Shown here piece after piece: positions 1 through 12,620 of a stretch of DNA of 64,000 nucleotides. Numbering within the stretch: the stretch's first letter is position 1; each line of letters begins with the position of its first letter. Below the pieces are notes generated by a model that searched no databases, was not told where the DNA came from, and saw nothing but the letters and a program-made list of their open reading frames with translations. The position numbers were made by a program, and so were the translations under genes. The stretch is from Eledone cirrhosa (lineage: Eukaryota). The stretch is taken from the NCBI GenBank assembly GCA_964016885.1, contig OZ024740.1, positions 6,820,001 through 6,884,000 on the forward strand. The letters are read 5' to 3'.

Positions 1-3000
1 ATACCCAGATCCTAAGGCTGTATTTGTGAGATACCTTACCCCAAAATACTCAGATGTTAAGGCAGTGTTTGTCCGAGATATTACCCCAAAATACTCAGAT
101 CCTAAGGCTGTATTTGTGAGAGACATTACCCCAAAATACTCAGATTCTAAGGCTGTATTTGTGAGAGACATTACCCCAAAATACTCAGATTCTAAGGCTG
201 TATTTGTGAGAGACATTACCGCAAAATACTGAGATCCTAAGGCAGTATTTGTGAGAGACATTACCGCAAAATACTGAGATCCTAAGGCAGTGTTTTTGAG
301 AGACATTACCCCAAAATACTCAGATCCTAAGGCTGTATTTGTGAGAGTCATTAACCCAAAATACTCGGATCCTAAGGCTGTATTTGTGAGCGATATTAAC
401 CCAAAATACTCATATCCTAAGGCAGTATTTTTGAGAGACATTAACCCAAATACTCAGATCCTAAGGCTGTATTTGTGAGAGGCATTACCCCAAATACTTT
501 GATCCTAAGGCTGTATTTGTGAGAGACAATAACCCAAAATACTCAGATCCTAAGGCAGTATTTGTGAGAGACATTACCACAAAATAAATACTCAGATCCT
601 AAGGCTGTATTTGTGAGAGACATTACCCCAAAATACTGAGATTATAAGGCTGTATTTTTGAGAGACATTACCCCAAAATACTCAGATCCTCAGGCTGTAT
701 TTGTGGGAGACATTACCCCAAAATACTCAGATCCTAAGGTAGTGTTTGTGAGAGACATTATCCCAAAATACTCAGATCCTAAGGCTGTATTTGTGAGAGA
801 CATTACCCCAAAATACTGAGATTCTAAGGCTGTATTTTTGAGAGACATTACCCCAAAATACTCAGATCCTCAGGCTGTATTTGTGGGAAACATTACCCCA
901 AAATACTCAGATCCTAAGGTAGTGTTTGTGAGAGACATTGTCCCAAAATACTCAGATCCTAAGGCTGTATTTGTGAGAGACATTACCTCCAAAATACTCA
1001 GATCCTAAGGCAGTATTTGTGAGAGACATTACCCCAAAATACTCAGATCCTAAGGCTGTATTTGTGAGAGACATTACCCCAAAATACTGAGATCCTAAGG
1101 CAGTGTTTGTGAGAGACATTACGCCAAAATACTCAGATCCTAGGGCTGTAATTGTGAGCGACATTACCCCAAAATACTCAGATCCGAAGGCTGTATTTGT
1201 GAGAGACAATACCCCAAAATACTCAGATCCTAAGGCTGTATTTGTGAGAGACAATACCCCAAAATACTCAGATCCTAAGGCAGTATTTGTGAGAGACAAT
1301 ACCCCAAAATACTCAGATCCTAAGGCAGTATTTGTGAGAGACAATAACCCAAAATACTCAGATCCTAAGGCAGTATTTGTGAGAGACATTACCCCAAAAT
1401 ACTCAGATCCTAAAGCAGTGTTTGTGAGAGACATTACCCCAAAATACTCAGATCCTAAGGCAGTGTTTGTGAGATACATTACCCCAAAATACTCAGATCA
1501 TAAGGCAGTGTTTGTGAGAGATATTACCCCAAAATACTCTGATCCTAAGGCAGTATTTGTGAGAGACATTACCCAAAAATACTCAGATCCTAAGGCTGTA
1601 ATTGTGAGAGACATTACCCCAAAATACTGACATCCTAAGGCTGTATTTGTGAGAGACACTACCCCAAAATACTGAGATCCTAAGGCAGTATTTGTGAGAG
1701 ACATTACCCCAAAATACCCAGATCCTAAGGCTGTATTTGTGAGATACATTACCCCAAAATACTCAGATCCTAAGGCAGTGTTTGTGAGAGACATTACCCC
1801 AAAATACTCAGATTCTAAGGCTGTATTTGTGACAGACATTACCCCAAAATACTCAAATCCTAAGGAAGAATTTGTGAGAGACATTACCCCAAAATACTCA
1901 GATCCTAAGGCTGTATTTGTGAGAGACATTACCCCAAAATACTCAGATTCTAAGGCTGTATTTGTGAGAGACATTACCCCAAAATACTCAGATTCTAAGG
2001 CTGTATTTGTGAGAGACATTACCGCAAAATACTGAGATCCTAAGGCAGTATTTGTGAGAGACATTACCCCAAAATACTCAGATCCTAAGGCTGTCATTGT
2101 GAGAGACATTACCCCAAAATACTGAGATCCTAAGGCTGTATTTGTGAGAGACATTACCCCAAAATACTGAGATCCTAAGGCAGTATTTGTGAGAGACATT
2201 ACCCCAAAATACTGAGATCCTAAGGCAGTATTTGTGAGAGACATTACCCCAAAATACTCAGATCCTAAGGCTGTATTTGTGAGAGACATTACCCCAAAAT
2301 AGTCAGATCCTAAGGCTGTATTTGTGAGAGACATTACCCCAAAATACTCAGATCCTAAGGCAGTATTTTTGAGAGACATTACCCCAAAATACTCAGATCC
2401 TAAGGCAGTATTTGTGAGAGACATTACCCCAAAATACTCAGATCCTAAGGCTGTATTTGTGAGAGACATTTCCCCAAAATACTCAGATCCTAAGGCTGTA
2501 TTTGTGAGAGACATTACCCCAAAATACTCAGATCCTAAGGCAGTGTTTGTGAGATACATTACCCCAAAATACTCAGATCATAAGGCAGTGTTTGTGAGAG
2601 ATATTACCCCAAAATACTCAGATCCTAAGGCAGTATTTGTGAGAGACATTACCCAAAAATACTCAGATCCTAAGGCTGTAATTGTGAGAGACATTACCCC
2701 AAAATACTGACATCCTAAGGCTGTATTTGTGAGAGACATTACCCCAAAATACTGAGATCCTAAGGCAGTATTTGTGAGAGACATTACCCCAAAATACCCA
2801 GATCCTAAGGCTGTATTTGTGAGATACATTACCCCAAAATACTCAGATGATAAGGCAGTGTTTGTCCGAGATATTACCCCAAAATACTCAGATCCTAAGG
2901 CTGTATTTGTGAGAGACATTACCCCAAAATACTCAGATTCTAACGCTGTATTTGTGAGAGACATTACCCCAAAATACTCAGATTCTAAGGCTGTATTTGT

Positions 3001-5280
3001 GAGAGACATTACCGCAAAATACTGAGATCCTAAGGCAGTATTTGTGAGAGACATTACCGCAAAATACTGAGATCCTAAGGCAGTGTTTGTGAGAGACATT
3101 ACCCCAAAATACTCAGATCCTAAGGCTGTATTTGTGAGAGTCATTAACCCAAAATACTCAGATCCTAAGGCTGTATTTGTGAGCGATATTAACCCAAAAT
3201 ACTCATATCCTAAGGCAGTATTTTTGAGAGACATTAACCCAAATACTCAGATCCTAAGGCTGTATTTGTGAGAGGCATTACCCCAAATACTTTGATCCTA
3301 AGGCTGTATTTGTGAGAGACAATAACCCAAAATACTCAGATCCTAAGGCAGTATTTGTGAGAGACATTACCACAAAATAAATACTCAGATCCTAAGGCTG
3401 TATTTGTGAGAGACATTACCCCAAAATACTGAGATTCTAAGGCTGTATTTTTGAGAGACATTACCCCAAAATACTCAGATCCTCAGGCTGTATTTGTGGG
3501 AGACATTATCCCAAAATACTCAGATCCTAAGGCTGTATTTGTGAGAGACATTACCCCAAAATACTGAGATTCTAAGGCTGTATTTTTGAGAGACATTACC
3601 CCAAAATACTCAGATCCTCAGGCTGTATTTGTGGGAAACATTACCCCAAAATACTCAGATCCTAAGGTAGTGTTTGTGAGAGACATTGTCCCAAAATACT
3701 CAGATCCTAAGGCTGTATTTGTGAGAGACATTACCTCCAAAATACTCAGATCCTAAGGCAGTATTTGTGAGAGACATTACCCCAAAATACTCAGATCCTA
3801 AGGATGTATTTGTGAGAGACATTACCCCAAAATACTGAGATCCTAAGGCAGTGTTTGTGAGAGATATTACGCCAAAATACTCAGATCCTAAGGCTGTAAT
3901 TGTGAGCGACATTACCCCAAAATACTCAGATCCGAAGGCTGTATTTATGAGAGACAATACCCCAAAATACTCAGATCCTAAGGCTGTATTTGTGAGAGAC
4001 AATACCCCAAAATACTCAGATCCTAAGGCAGTATTTGTGAGAGACAATACCCCAAAATACTCAGATCCTAAGGCAGTATTTGTGAGAGACAATAACCCAA
4101 AATACTCAGATCCTAAGGCAGTATTTGTGAGAGACATTACCCCAAAATACTCAGATCCTAAAGCAGTGTTTGTGAGAGACATTACCCCAAAATACTCAGA
4201 TCCTAAGGCAGTGTTTGTGAGATACATTACCCCAAAATACTCAGATCATAAGGCAGTGTTTGTGAGAGATATTACCCCAAAATACTCAGATCCTAAGGCA
4301 GTATTTGTGAGAGACATTACCCAAAAATATTCAGATCCTAAGGCTGTAATTGTGAGAGACATTACCCCAAAATACTGACATCCTAAGGCTGTATTTGTGA
4401 GAGACACTACCCCAAAATACTGAGATCCTAAGGCAGTATTTGTGAGAGACATTACACCAAAATACCCAGATCCTAAGGCTGTATTTGTGAGATACATTAC
4501 CCCAAAATACTCAGATCCTAAGGCAGTGTTTGTGAGAGACATTACCCCAAAATACTCAGATTCTAAGGCTGTATTTGTGACAGACATTACCCCAAAATAC
4601 TCAGATTCTAAGGCTGTATTTGTGAGAGACATTACCCCAAAATACTCAGATTCTAAGGCTGTATTTGTGAGAGACATTACCCCAAAATACTCAGATTCTA
4701 AGGCTGTATTTGTGAGAGACATTACCGCAAAATACTGAGATCCTAAGGCAGTATTTGTGAGAGACATTACCGCAAAATACTGAGATCCTAAGGCAGTATT
4801 TGTGAGAGACATTACCCCAAAATACTCAGATCCTAAGGCTGTCATTGTGAGAGACATTACCCCAAAATACTGAGATCCTAAGGCTGTATTTGTGAGAGAC
4901 ATTACCCCAAAATACTGAGATCCTAAGGCAGTATTTGTGAGAGACATTACCCCAAAATACTGAGATCCTAAGGCAGTATTTGTGAGAGACATTACCCCAA
5001 AATACTCAGATCCTAAGGCTGTATTTGTGAGAGACATTACCCCAAAATAGTCAGATCCTAAGGCTGTATTTGTGAGAGACATTACCCCAAAATACTCAGA
5101 TCCTAAGGCAGTATTTTTGAGAGACATTACCCCAAAATACTCAGATCCTAAGGCAGTATTTGTGAGAGACATTACCCCAAAATACTCAGATCCTAAGGCT
5201 GTATTTGTGAGAGACATTACCCCAAAATACTCAGATCCTAAGGCTGTATTTGTGAGAGACATTACCCCAAAATACTGAGA
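1..5280. repeat. Tandem block duplication, unit about 2.75-2.79 kb (61-62 monomers): about 1-2793 vs 2794 onward
   Basis: The window start ATACCCAGAT...GTCCGAGAT recurs at 2794. Near-identical ORF pairs are offset by 2793 (290/3083) and 2748 (952/3700, 1103/3851, 1694/4442, 2324/5072). The private variant ATTACCTCC occurs at about 982 and 3730. Endpoints are approximate. Confidence 0.85.
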
Positions 5281-6479
5281 TCCTAAGGCAGTGTTTGTGA
5301 GAGACATTACCCCAAAATACTCAGATCCTAAGGCTGTATTTGTGAGAGTCATTAACCCAAAATACTCAGATCCTAAGGCTGTATTTGTGAGCGATATTAA
5401 CCCAAAATACTCATATCCTAAGGCTGTATTTGTGAGAGACATTAACCCAAATACTCAGATCCTAAGGCTGTATTTGTGAGAGGCATTACCCCAAATACTT
5501 TGATCCTAAGGCTGTATTTGTGAGAGACAATAACCCAAAATACTCAGATCCTAAGGCAGTATTTGTGAGAGACATTACCACAAAATAAATACTCAGATCC
5601 TAAGGCTGTATTTGTGAGAGACATTACCCCAAAATACTGAGATTCTAAGGCTGTATTTTTGAGAGACATTACCCCAAAATACTTAGATCCTCAGGCTGTA
5701 TTTGTGGGAGACATTACCCCAAAATACTCAGATCCTAAGGTAGTGTTTGTGAGAGACATTATCCCAAAATACTCAGATCCTAAGGCTGTATTTGTGAGAG
5801 ACATTACCCCAAAATACTCAGATCCTAAGGAAGTATTTGTGAGAGACATTACCCCAAAATACTCAGATCCTCAGGCTGTATTTGTGGGAGACATTACCCC
5901 AAAATACTCAGATCCTAAGGTAGTGTTTGTGAGAGACATTATCCCAAAATACTCAGATCCTAAGTCTGTATTTGTGAGAACATTATCCCAAAATACTGAG
6001 ATTCTAAGGCTGTATTTTTGAGAGACATTACCCCAAAATACTCAGATCCTAAGGCAGTATTTGTGAGAGACATTACCCCAAAATACTCAGATCCTAAGGC
6101 TGTATTTGTGAGAGACATTACCCCAAAATACTGAGATCCTAAGGCAGTGTTTGTGAGAGACATTACGCCAAAATACTCAGATCCTAAGGCTGTATTTGTG
6201 AGAGACAATACCCCAAAATACTCAGATCCTAAGGTAGTGTTTGTGAGAGACATTATCCCAAAATACTCAGATCCTAAGGCTGTATTTGTGAGAGACATTA
6301 CCCCAAAATACTCAGATCCTAAGGCAGTATTTTTGAGAGACATTACCCCAAAATACTCAGATCCTAAGGCAGTATTTGTGAGAGACATTACCCCAAAATA
6401 CTCAGATCCTAAGGCTGTATTTGTGAGAGACATTACCCCAAAATACTCAGATCCTAAGGCTGTATTTGTGAGAGACATT

Positions 6480-9400
6480 ACCCCAAAATACTGAGATCCT
6501 AAGGCAGTGTTTGTGAGAGACATTACCCCAAAATACTCAGATCCTAAGGCTGTATTTGTGAGAGTCATTAACCCAAAATACTCAGATCCTAAGGCTGTAT
6601 TTGTGAGCGATATTAACCCAAAATACTCATATCCTAAGTCTGTATTTGTGAGAGACATTAACCCAAATACTCAGATCCTAAGGCTGTATTTGTGAGAGGC
6701 ATTACCCCAAATACTTTGATCCTAAGGCTGTATTTGTGAGAGACAATAACCCAAAATACTCAGATCCTAAGGCAGTATTTGTGAGAGACATTACCACAAA
6801 ATAAATACTCAGATCCTAAGGCTGTATTTGTGAGAGACATTACCCCAAAATACTGAGATTCTAAGGCTGTATTTTTGAGAGACATTACCCCAAAATACTC
6901 AGATCCTCAGGCTGTATTTGTGGGAGACATTACCCCAAAATACTCAGATCCTAAGGTAGTGTTTGTGAGAGACATTATCCCAAAATACTCAGATCCTAAG
7001 GCTGTATTTGTGAGAGACATTACCCCAAAATACTGAGATTCTAAGGCTGTATTTTTGAGAGACATTACCCCAAAATACTCAGATCCTCAGGCTGTATTTG
7101 TGGGAGACATTACCCCAAAATACTCAGATCCTAAGGTAGTGTTTGTGAGAGACATTATCCCAAAATACTCAGATCCTAAGTCTGTATTTGTGAGAACATT
7201 ATCCCAAAATACTGAGATTCTAAGGCTGTATTTTTGAGAGACATTACCCCAAAATACTCAGATCCTCAGGCTGTATTTGTGGGAGACATTACCCCAAAAT
7301 ACTCAGATCCTAAGGTAGTTTTTGTGAGAGACATTATCCCAAAATACTCAGATCCTAAGGCTGTATTTGTGAGAGACATTACCCTAAAATACTCAGATCC
7401 TAAGGCAGTATTTGTGAGAGACATTACCCCAAAATACTCAGATCCTCAGGCTGTATTTGTGGGAGACATTACCCCAAAATACTCAGATCCTAAGGGAGTG
7501 TTTGTGAGAGACATTATCCCAAAATACTCAGATCCTAAGTCTGTATTTGTGAGAACATTACCCCAAAATACTGAGATTCTAAGGCTGTATTTTTGAGAGA
7601 CATTACCCCAAAATACTCAGATCCTCAGGCTGTATTTGTGGGAGACATAACCCGAAAATACTCAGATCCTAAGGCTGTATTTGTGAGAGACATTACCCCA
7701 AAATACTCAGATCCTAAGGCTGTATTTGTGAGAGACATTACCCCAAAATACTCAGATCCTAAGGGTGTATTTGTGAGAGACATTACCCCAAAATACTCAG
7801 ATCCTAAGGCAGTATTTGTGAGAGACATTACCCCAAAATACTCAGATCCTAAGGCTGTATTTGTGAGAGACATTACCCCAAAATACTCAGATCCTAAGGC
7901 TGTATTTGTGAGAGACATTACCCCAAAATACTGAGATCCTAAGGCAGTATTTGGGAGAGACATTACCCCCAAAATACTCAGATCCTAAGGCTGTACTTGT
8001 GAGAGACATTACCCCAAAATACTCAGATCCTAAGGCAGTGTTTGTGAGAGACATTACCGCAAAATACTCAGATCCTAAGGCATCGTTTGTAAGAGACATT
8101 ACCCCAAAATACTTAGATCCTAAGGCTGTATTTGTGAGAGACATTACCCCAAAATACTCAGATCCTAAGGCAGTGTTTGTGAGAGACATTACCCCAAAAT
8201 ACTCAGATCCTAAGGCAGTGTTTGTGAGAGATATTACCCGAAAATACTCAGATCCTAAGGCAGTGTTTGTAAGAGACATTACCCCCAAAATACTCAGATC
8301 CTAAGGCAGTGTTTGTCCGAGATATTACCCCAAAATACTCAGATCCTAAGGCTGTATTTGTGAGAGACATTACCCCAAAATACTCAGATCCTAAGGCAGT
8401 ATTTGTGAGAGACATTACCCCAAAATACTCAGATTCTCAGGCTCTATTTGTGACCGACATTACCCCCAAAATACTCAAATCCTAAGGAAGAATTTGTGAG
8501 AGACATTACCCCGAAATACTCAGATCCTAAGGCAGTATTTGTGAGCGACATTACCCCAAAATACTCAGATTCTAAGGCTGTATTTGTGAGAGACATTACC
8601 CCAAAATACTCAGATACTAAGGCTGTATTTGTGAGAGATATTACCCCAAAATATTGAGATCCTAAGGCAGTATTTGTGAGAGACATTACCCCAAAATACT
8701 GAGATCCTAAGGCTGTATTTGTGAGAGACATTACCCCAAAATACTGAGGCCCTAAGGCAGTATTTGTGGGATACATTCCCCCAAAATACTCAGATCCTAA
8801 GGCAGTATTTGTGAGAGACATTACCCCAAAATACTCAGATCCTAAGGCTGTAATTGTGAGAGACATGACCCCAAAATACTGAGATCCTAAGGCTGTATTT
8901 GTGAGAGACATTACCCCAAAATACGCAGATCCTAAGGCAGTATTTGTGAGAAACATTACACCAAAATACTCAGATCCTAAGGCTGTATTTGTGAGAGACA
9001 TTACCCCAAAATACTCAGATCCTAAGCAGTATTTGTGAGAGACATTACCCCAAAATACTCAGATCCTAAGACAGTATTTGTGAGAGACATTACCCCAAAA
9101 TACTCAGATCCTAAGGCAGTGTTTGTGAGAGACATTACATCAAAATACTCAGATCCTAAGGCTGTATTTGTGAGAGACATTACCCCAAAATACTGAGATC
9201 CTAAGGCTGTATTTATGAGAGACATTACCCCAAAATACTCAGATCCTAAGGCTGTATTTGTGAGAGACATTACACCAAAATACTCAGATCCTAAGGCTGT
9301 ATTTATGAGAAACATTACCCCAAAATACTCAGATTCTAAGGCACTGTTTGTGAGAGACATTACCCCAAAATACTGAGATCCTAAGGCTGTATTTGTCAGA

Positions 9401-12400
9401 GACATTACCCCAAAATACTCAAATCCTAAGGAAGAATTTGTGAGAGACATTACCCCGAAATACTCAGATCCTAAGGCAGTATTTGTGAGCGACATTACCC
9501 CAAAATACTCAGATTCTAAGGCTGTATTTGTGAGAGACATTACCCCAAAATACTCAGATCCTAAGGCAGTATTTGTGAGAGACATTACCCCAAAATACTC
9601 AGATCCTAAGGCTGTATTTGTGAGAGACATTACCCCAAAATACTCAGATCCTAAGGCTGTATTTGTGAGAGACATTACCCCAAATTACTGAGATCCTAAG
9701 GCAGTGTTTGTGAGAGACATTACCCCAAAATACTCAGATCCTAAGGCTGTATTTGTGAGAGTCATTAACCCAAAATACTCAGATCCTAAGGCTGTATTTG
9801 TGAGCGATATTAACCCAAAATACTCATATCCTAAGGCTGTATTTGTGAGAGACATTAACCCAAATACTCAGATCCTAAGGCTGTATTTGTGAGAGGCATT
9901 ACCCCAAATACTTTGATCCTAAGGCTGTATTTGTGAGAGACAATAACCCAAAATACTCAGATCCTAAGGCAGTATTTGTGAGAGACATTACCACAAAATA
10001 AATACTCAGATCCTAAGGCTGTATTTGTGAGAGACATTACCCCAAAATACTGAGATTCTAAGGCTGTATTTTTGAGAGACATTACCCCCAAATACTCAGA
10101 TCCTCAGGCTGTATTTGTGGGAGACATTACCCCAAAATACTCAGATCCTAAGGTAGTGTTTGTGAGAGACATTATCCCAAAATACTCAGATCCTAAGGCT
10201 GTATTTGTGAGAGACATTACCCCAAAATACTCAGATCCTAAGGCAGTATTTGTGAGAGACATTACCCCAAAATACTCAGATCCTCAGGCTGTATTTGTGG
10301 GAGACATTACCCCAAAATACTCAGATCCTAAGGTAGTGTTTGTGAGAGACATTATCCCAAAATACTCAGATCCTAAGTCTGTATTTGTGAGAACATTATC
10401 CCAAAATACTGAGATTCTAAGGCTGTATTTTTGAGAGACATTACCCCAAAATACTCAGATCCTCAGGCTGTATTTGTGGGAGACATTACCCCAAAATACT
10501 CAGATCCTAAGGTAGTTTTTGTGAGAGACATTATCCCAAAATACTCAGATCCTAAGGCTGTATTTGTGAGAGACATTACCCTAAAATACTCAGATCCTAA
10601 GGCAGTATTTGTGAGAGACATTACCCCAAAATACTGAGATTCTAAGGCTGTATTTTTGAGAGACATTACCCCAAAATACTCAGATCCTCAGGCTGTATTT
10701 GTGGGAGACATAACCCGAAAATACTCAGATCCTAAGGCTGTATTTGTGAGAGACATTACCCCAAAATACTCAGATCCTAAGGCTGTATTTGTGAGAGACA
10801 TTACCCCAAAATACTCAGATCCTAAGGGTGTATTTGTGAGAGACATTACCCCAAAATACTCAGATCCTAAGGCAGTATTTGTGAGAGACATTACCCCAAA
10901 ATACTCAGATCCTAAGGCTGTATTTGTGAGAGACATTACCCCAAAATACTCAGATCCTAAGGCTGTATTTGTGAGAGACATTACCCCCAAAATACTGAGA
11001 TCCTAAGGCAGTATTTGGGAGAGACATTACCCCCAAAATACTCAGATCCTAAGGCTGTACTTGTGAGAGACATTACCCCAAAATACTCAGATCCTAAGGC
11101 AGTGTTTGTGAGAGACATTACCGCAAAATACTCAGATCCTAAGGCATCGTTTGTAAGAGACATTACCCCAAAATACTTAGATCCTAAGGCTGTATTTGTG
11201 AGAGACATTACCCCAAAATACTCAGATCCTAAGGCAGTGTTTGTGAGAGACATTACCCCAAAATACTCAGATCCTAAGGCAGTGTTTGTGAGAGATATTA
11301 CCCGAAAATACTCAGATCCTAAGGCAGTGTTTGTAAGAGACATTACCCCCAAAATACTCAGATCCTAAGGCAGTGTTTGTCCGAGATATTACCCCAAAAT
11401 ACTCAGATCCTAAGGCTGTATTTGTGAGAAACATTACCCCAAAATACTCAGATCCTAAGGCAGTATTTGTGAGAGACATTACCCCAAAATACTCAGATTC
11501 TCAGGCTCTATTTGTGACCGACATTACCCCCAAAATACTCAAATCCTAAGGAAGAATTTGTGAGAGACATTACCCCGAAATACTCAGATCCTAAGGCAGT
11601 ATTTGTGAGCGACATTACCCCAAAATACTCAGATTCTAAGGCTGTATTTGTGAGAGATATTACCCCAAAATATTGAGATCCTAAGGCAGTATTTGTGAGA
11701 GACATTACCCCAAAATACTGAGATCCTAAGGCTGTATTTGTGAGAGACATTACCCCAAAATACTGAGGCCCTAAGGCAGTATTTGTGGGATACATTCCCC
11801 CAAAATACTCAGATCCTAAGGCAGTATTTGTGAGAGACATTACCCCAAAATACTCAGATCCTAAGGCTGTAATTGTGAGAGACATGACCCCAAAATACTG
11901 AGATCCTAAGGCTGTATTTGTGAGAGACATTACCCCAAAATACGCAGATCCTAAGGCAGTATTTGTGAGAAACATTACACCAAAATACTCAGATCCTAAG
12001 GCTGTATTTGTGAGAGACATTACCCCAAAATACTCAGATCCTAAGCAGTATTTGTGAGAGACATTACCCCAAAATACTCAGATCCTAAGACAGTATTTGT
12101 GAGAGACATTACCCCAAAATACTCAGATCCTAAGGCAGTGTTTGTGAGAGACATTACATCAAAATACTCAGATCCTAAGGCTGTATTTGTGAGAGACATT
12201 ACCCCAAAATACTGAGATCCTAAGGCTGTATTTATGAGAGACATTACCCCAAAATACTCAGATCCTAAGGCTGTATTTGTGAGAGACATTACACCAAAAT
12301 ACTCAGATCCTAAGGCTGTATTTATGAGAAACATTACCCCAAAATACTCAGATTCTAAGGCACTGTTTGTGAGAGACATTACCCCAAAATACTGAGATCC

Positions 12401-12620
12401 TAAGGCTGTATTTGTCAGAGACATTACCCCAAAATACTCAAATCCTAAGGAAGAATTTGTGAGAGACATTACCCCGAAATACTCAGATCCTAAGGCAGTA
12501 TTTGTGAGCGACATTACCCCAAAATACTCAGATTCTAAGGCTGTATTTGTGAGAGACATTACCCCAAAATACTCAGATCCTAAGGCAGTATTTGTGAGAG
12601 ACATTACCCCAAAATACTAG
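6480..12620. repeat. Tandem block duplication, unit about 3.0-3.2 kb: about 6480-9680 vs 9680-12620
   Basis: ORF pairs are offset by 3197 (6507/9704, 7234/10431), 3063-3064 (7593/10656, 7951/11015, 8444/11508) and 3019 (9022/12041). Shared private variants include TGAGGCCC, GGGATACATTCCCC, CCTAAGCAGT (1-bp deletion), GGCACTGTT and ATAACCCG. Confidence 0.88.
6850..7660. repeat. Run of a 4-monomer (179-180 bp) higher-order repeat
   Basis: The variant CCTCAGG...GTGGGAGAC occurs at 6905, 7085, 7264, 7444 and 7623 (spacings 180/179/180/179). The first four are followed by an AAGG(T/G)AGT..ATTATCCC monomer. Confidence 0.85.

Noticed and set aside
229-280. Hammerhead-ribozyme satellite (a CTGAGA core-like word plus a hairpin, as in newt or schistosome satellites)
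   Set aside because: There is no canonical CUGANGA, no consensus GAAA box and no three-stem junction on either strand. GAAA occurs only in rare variants.
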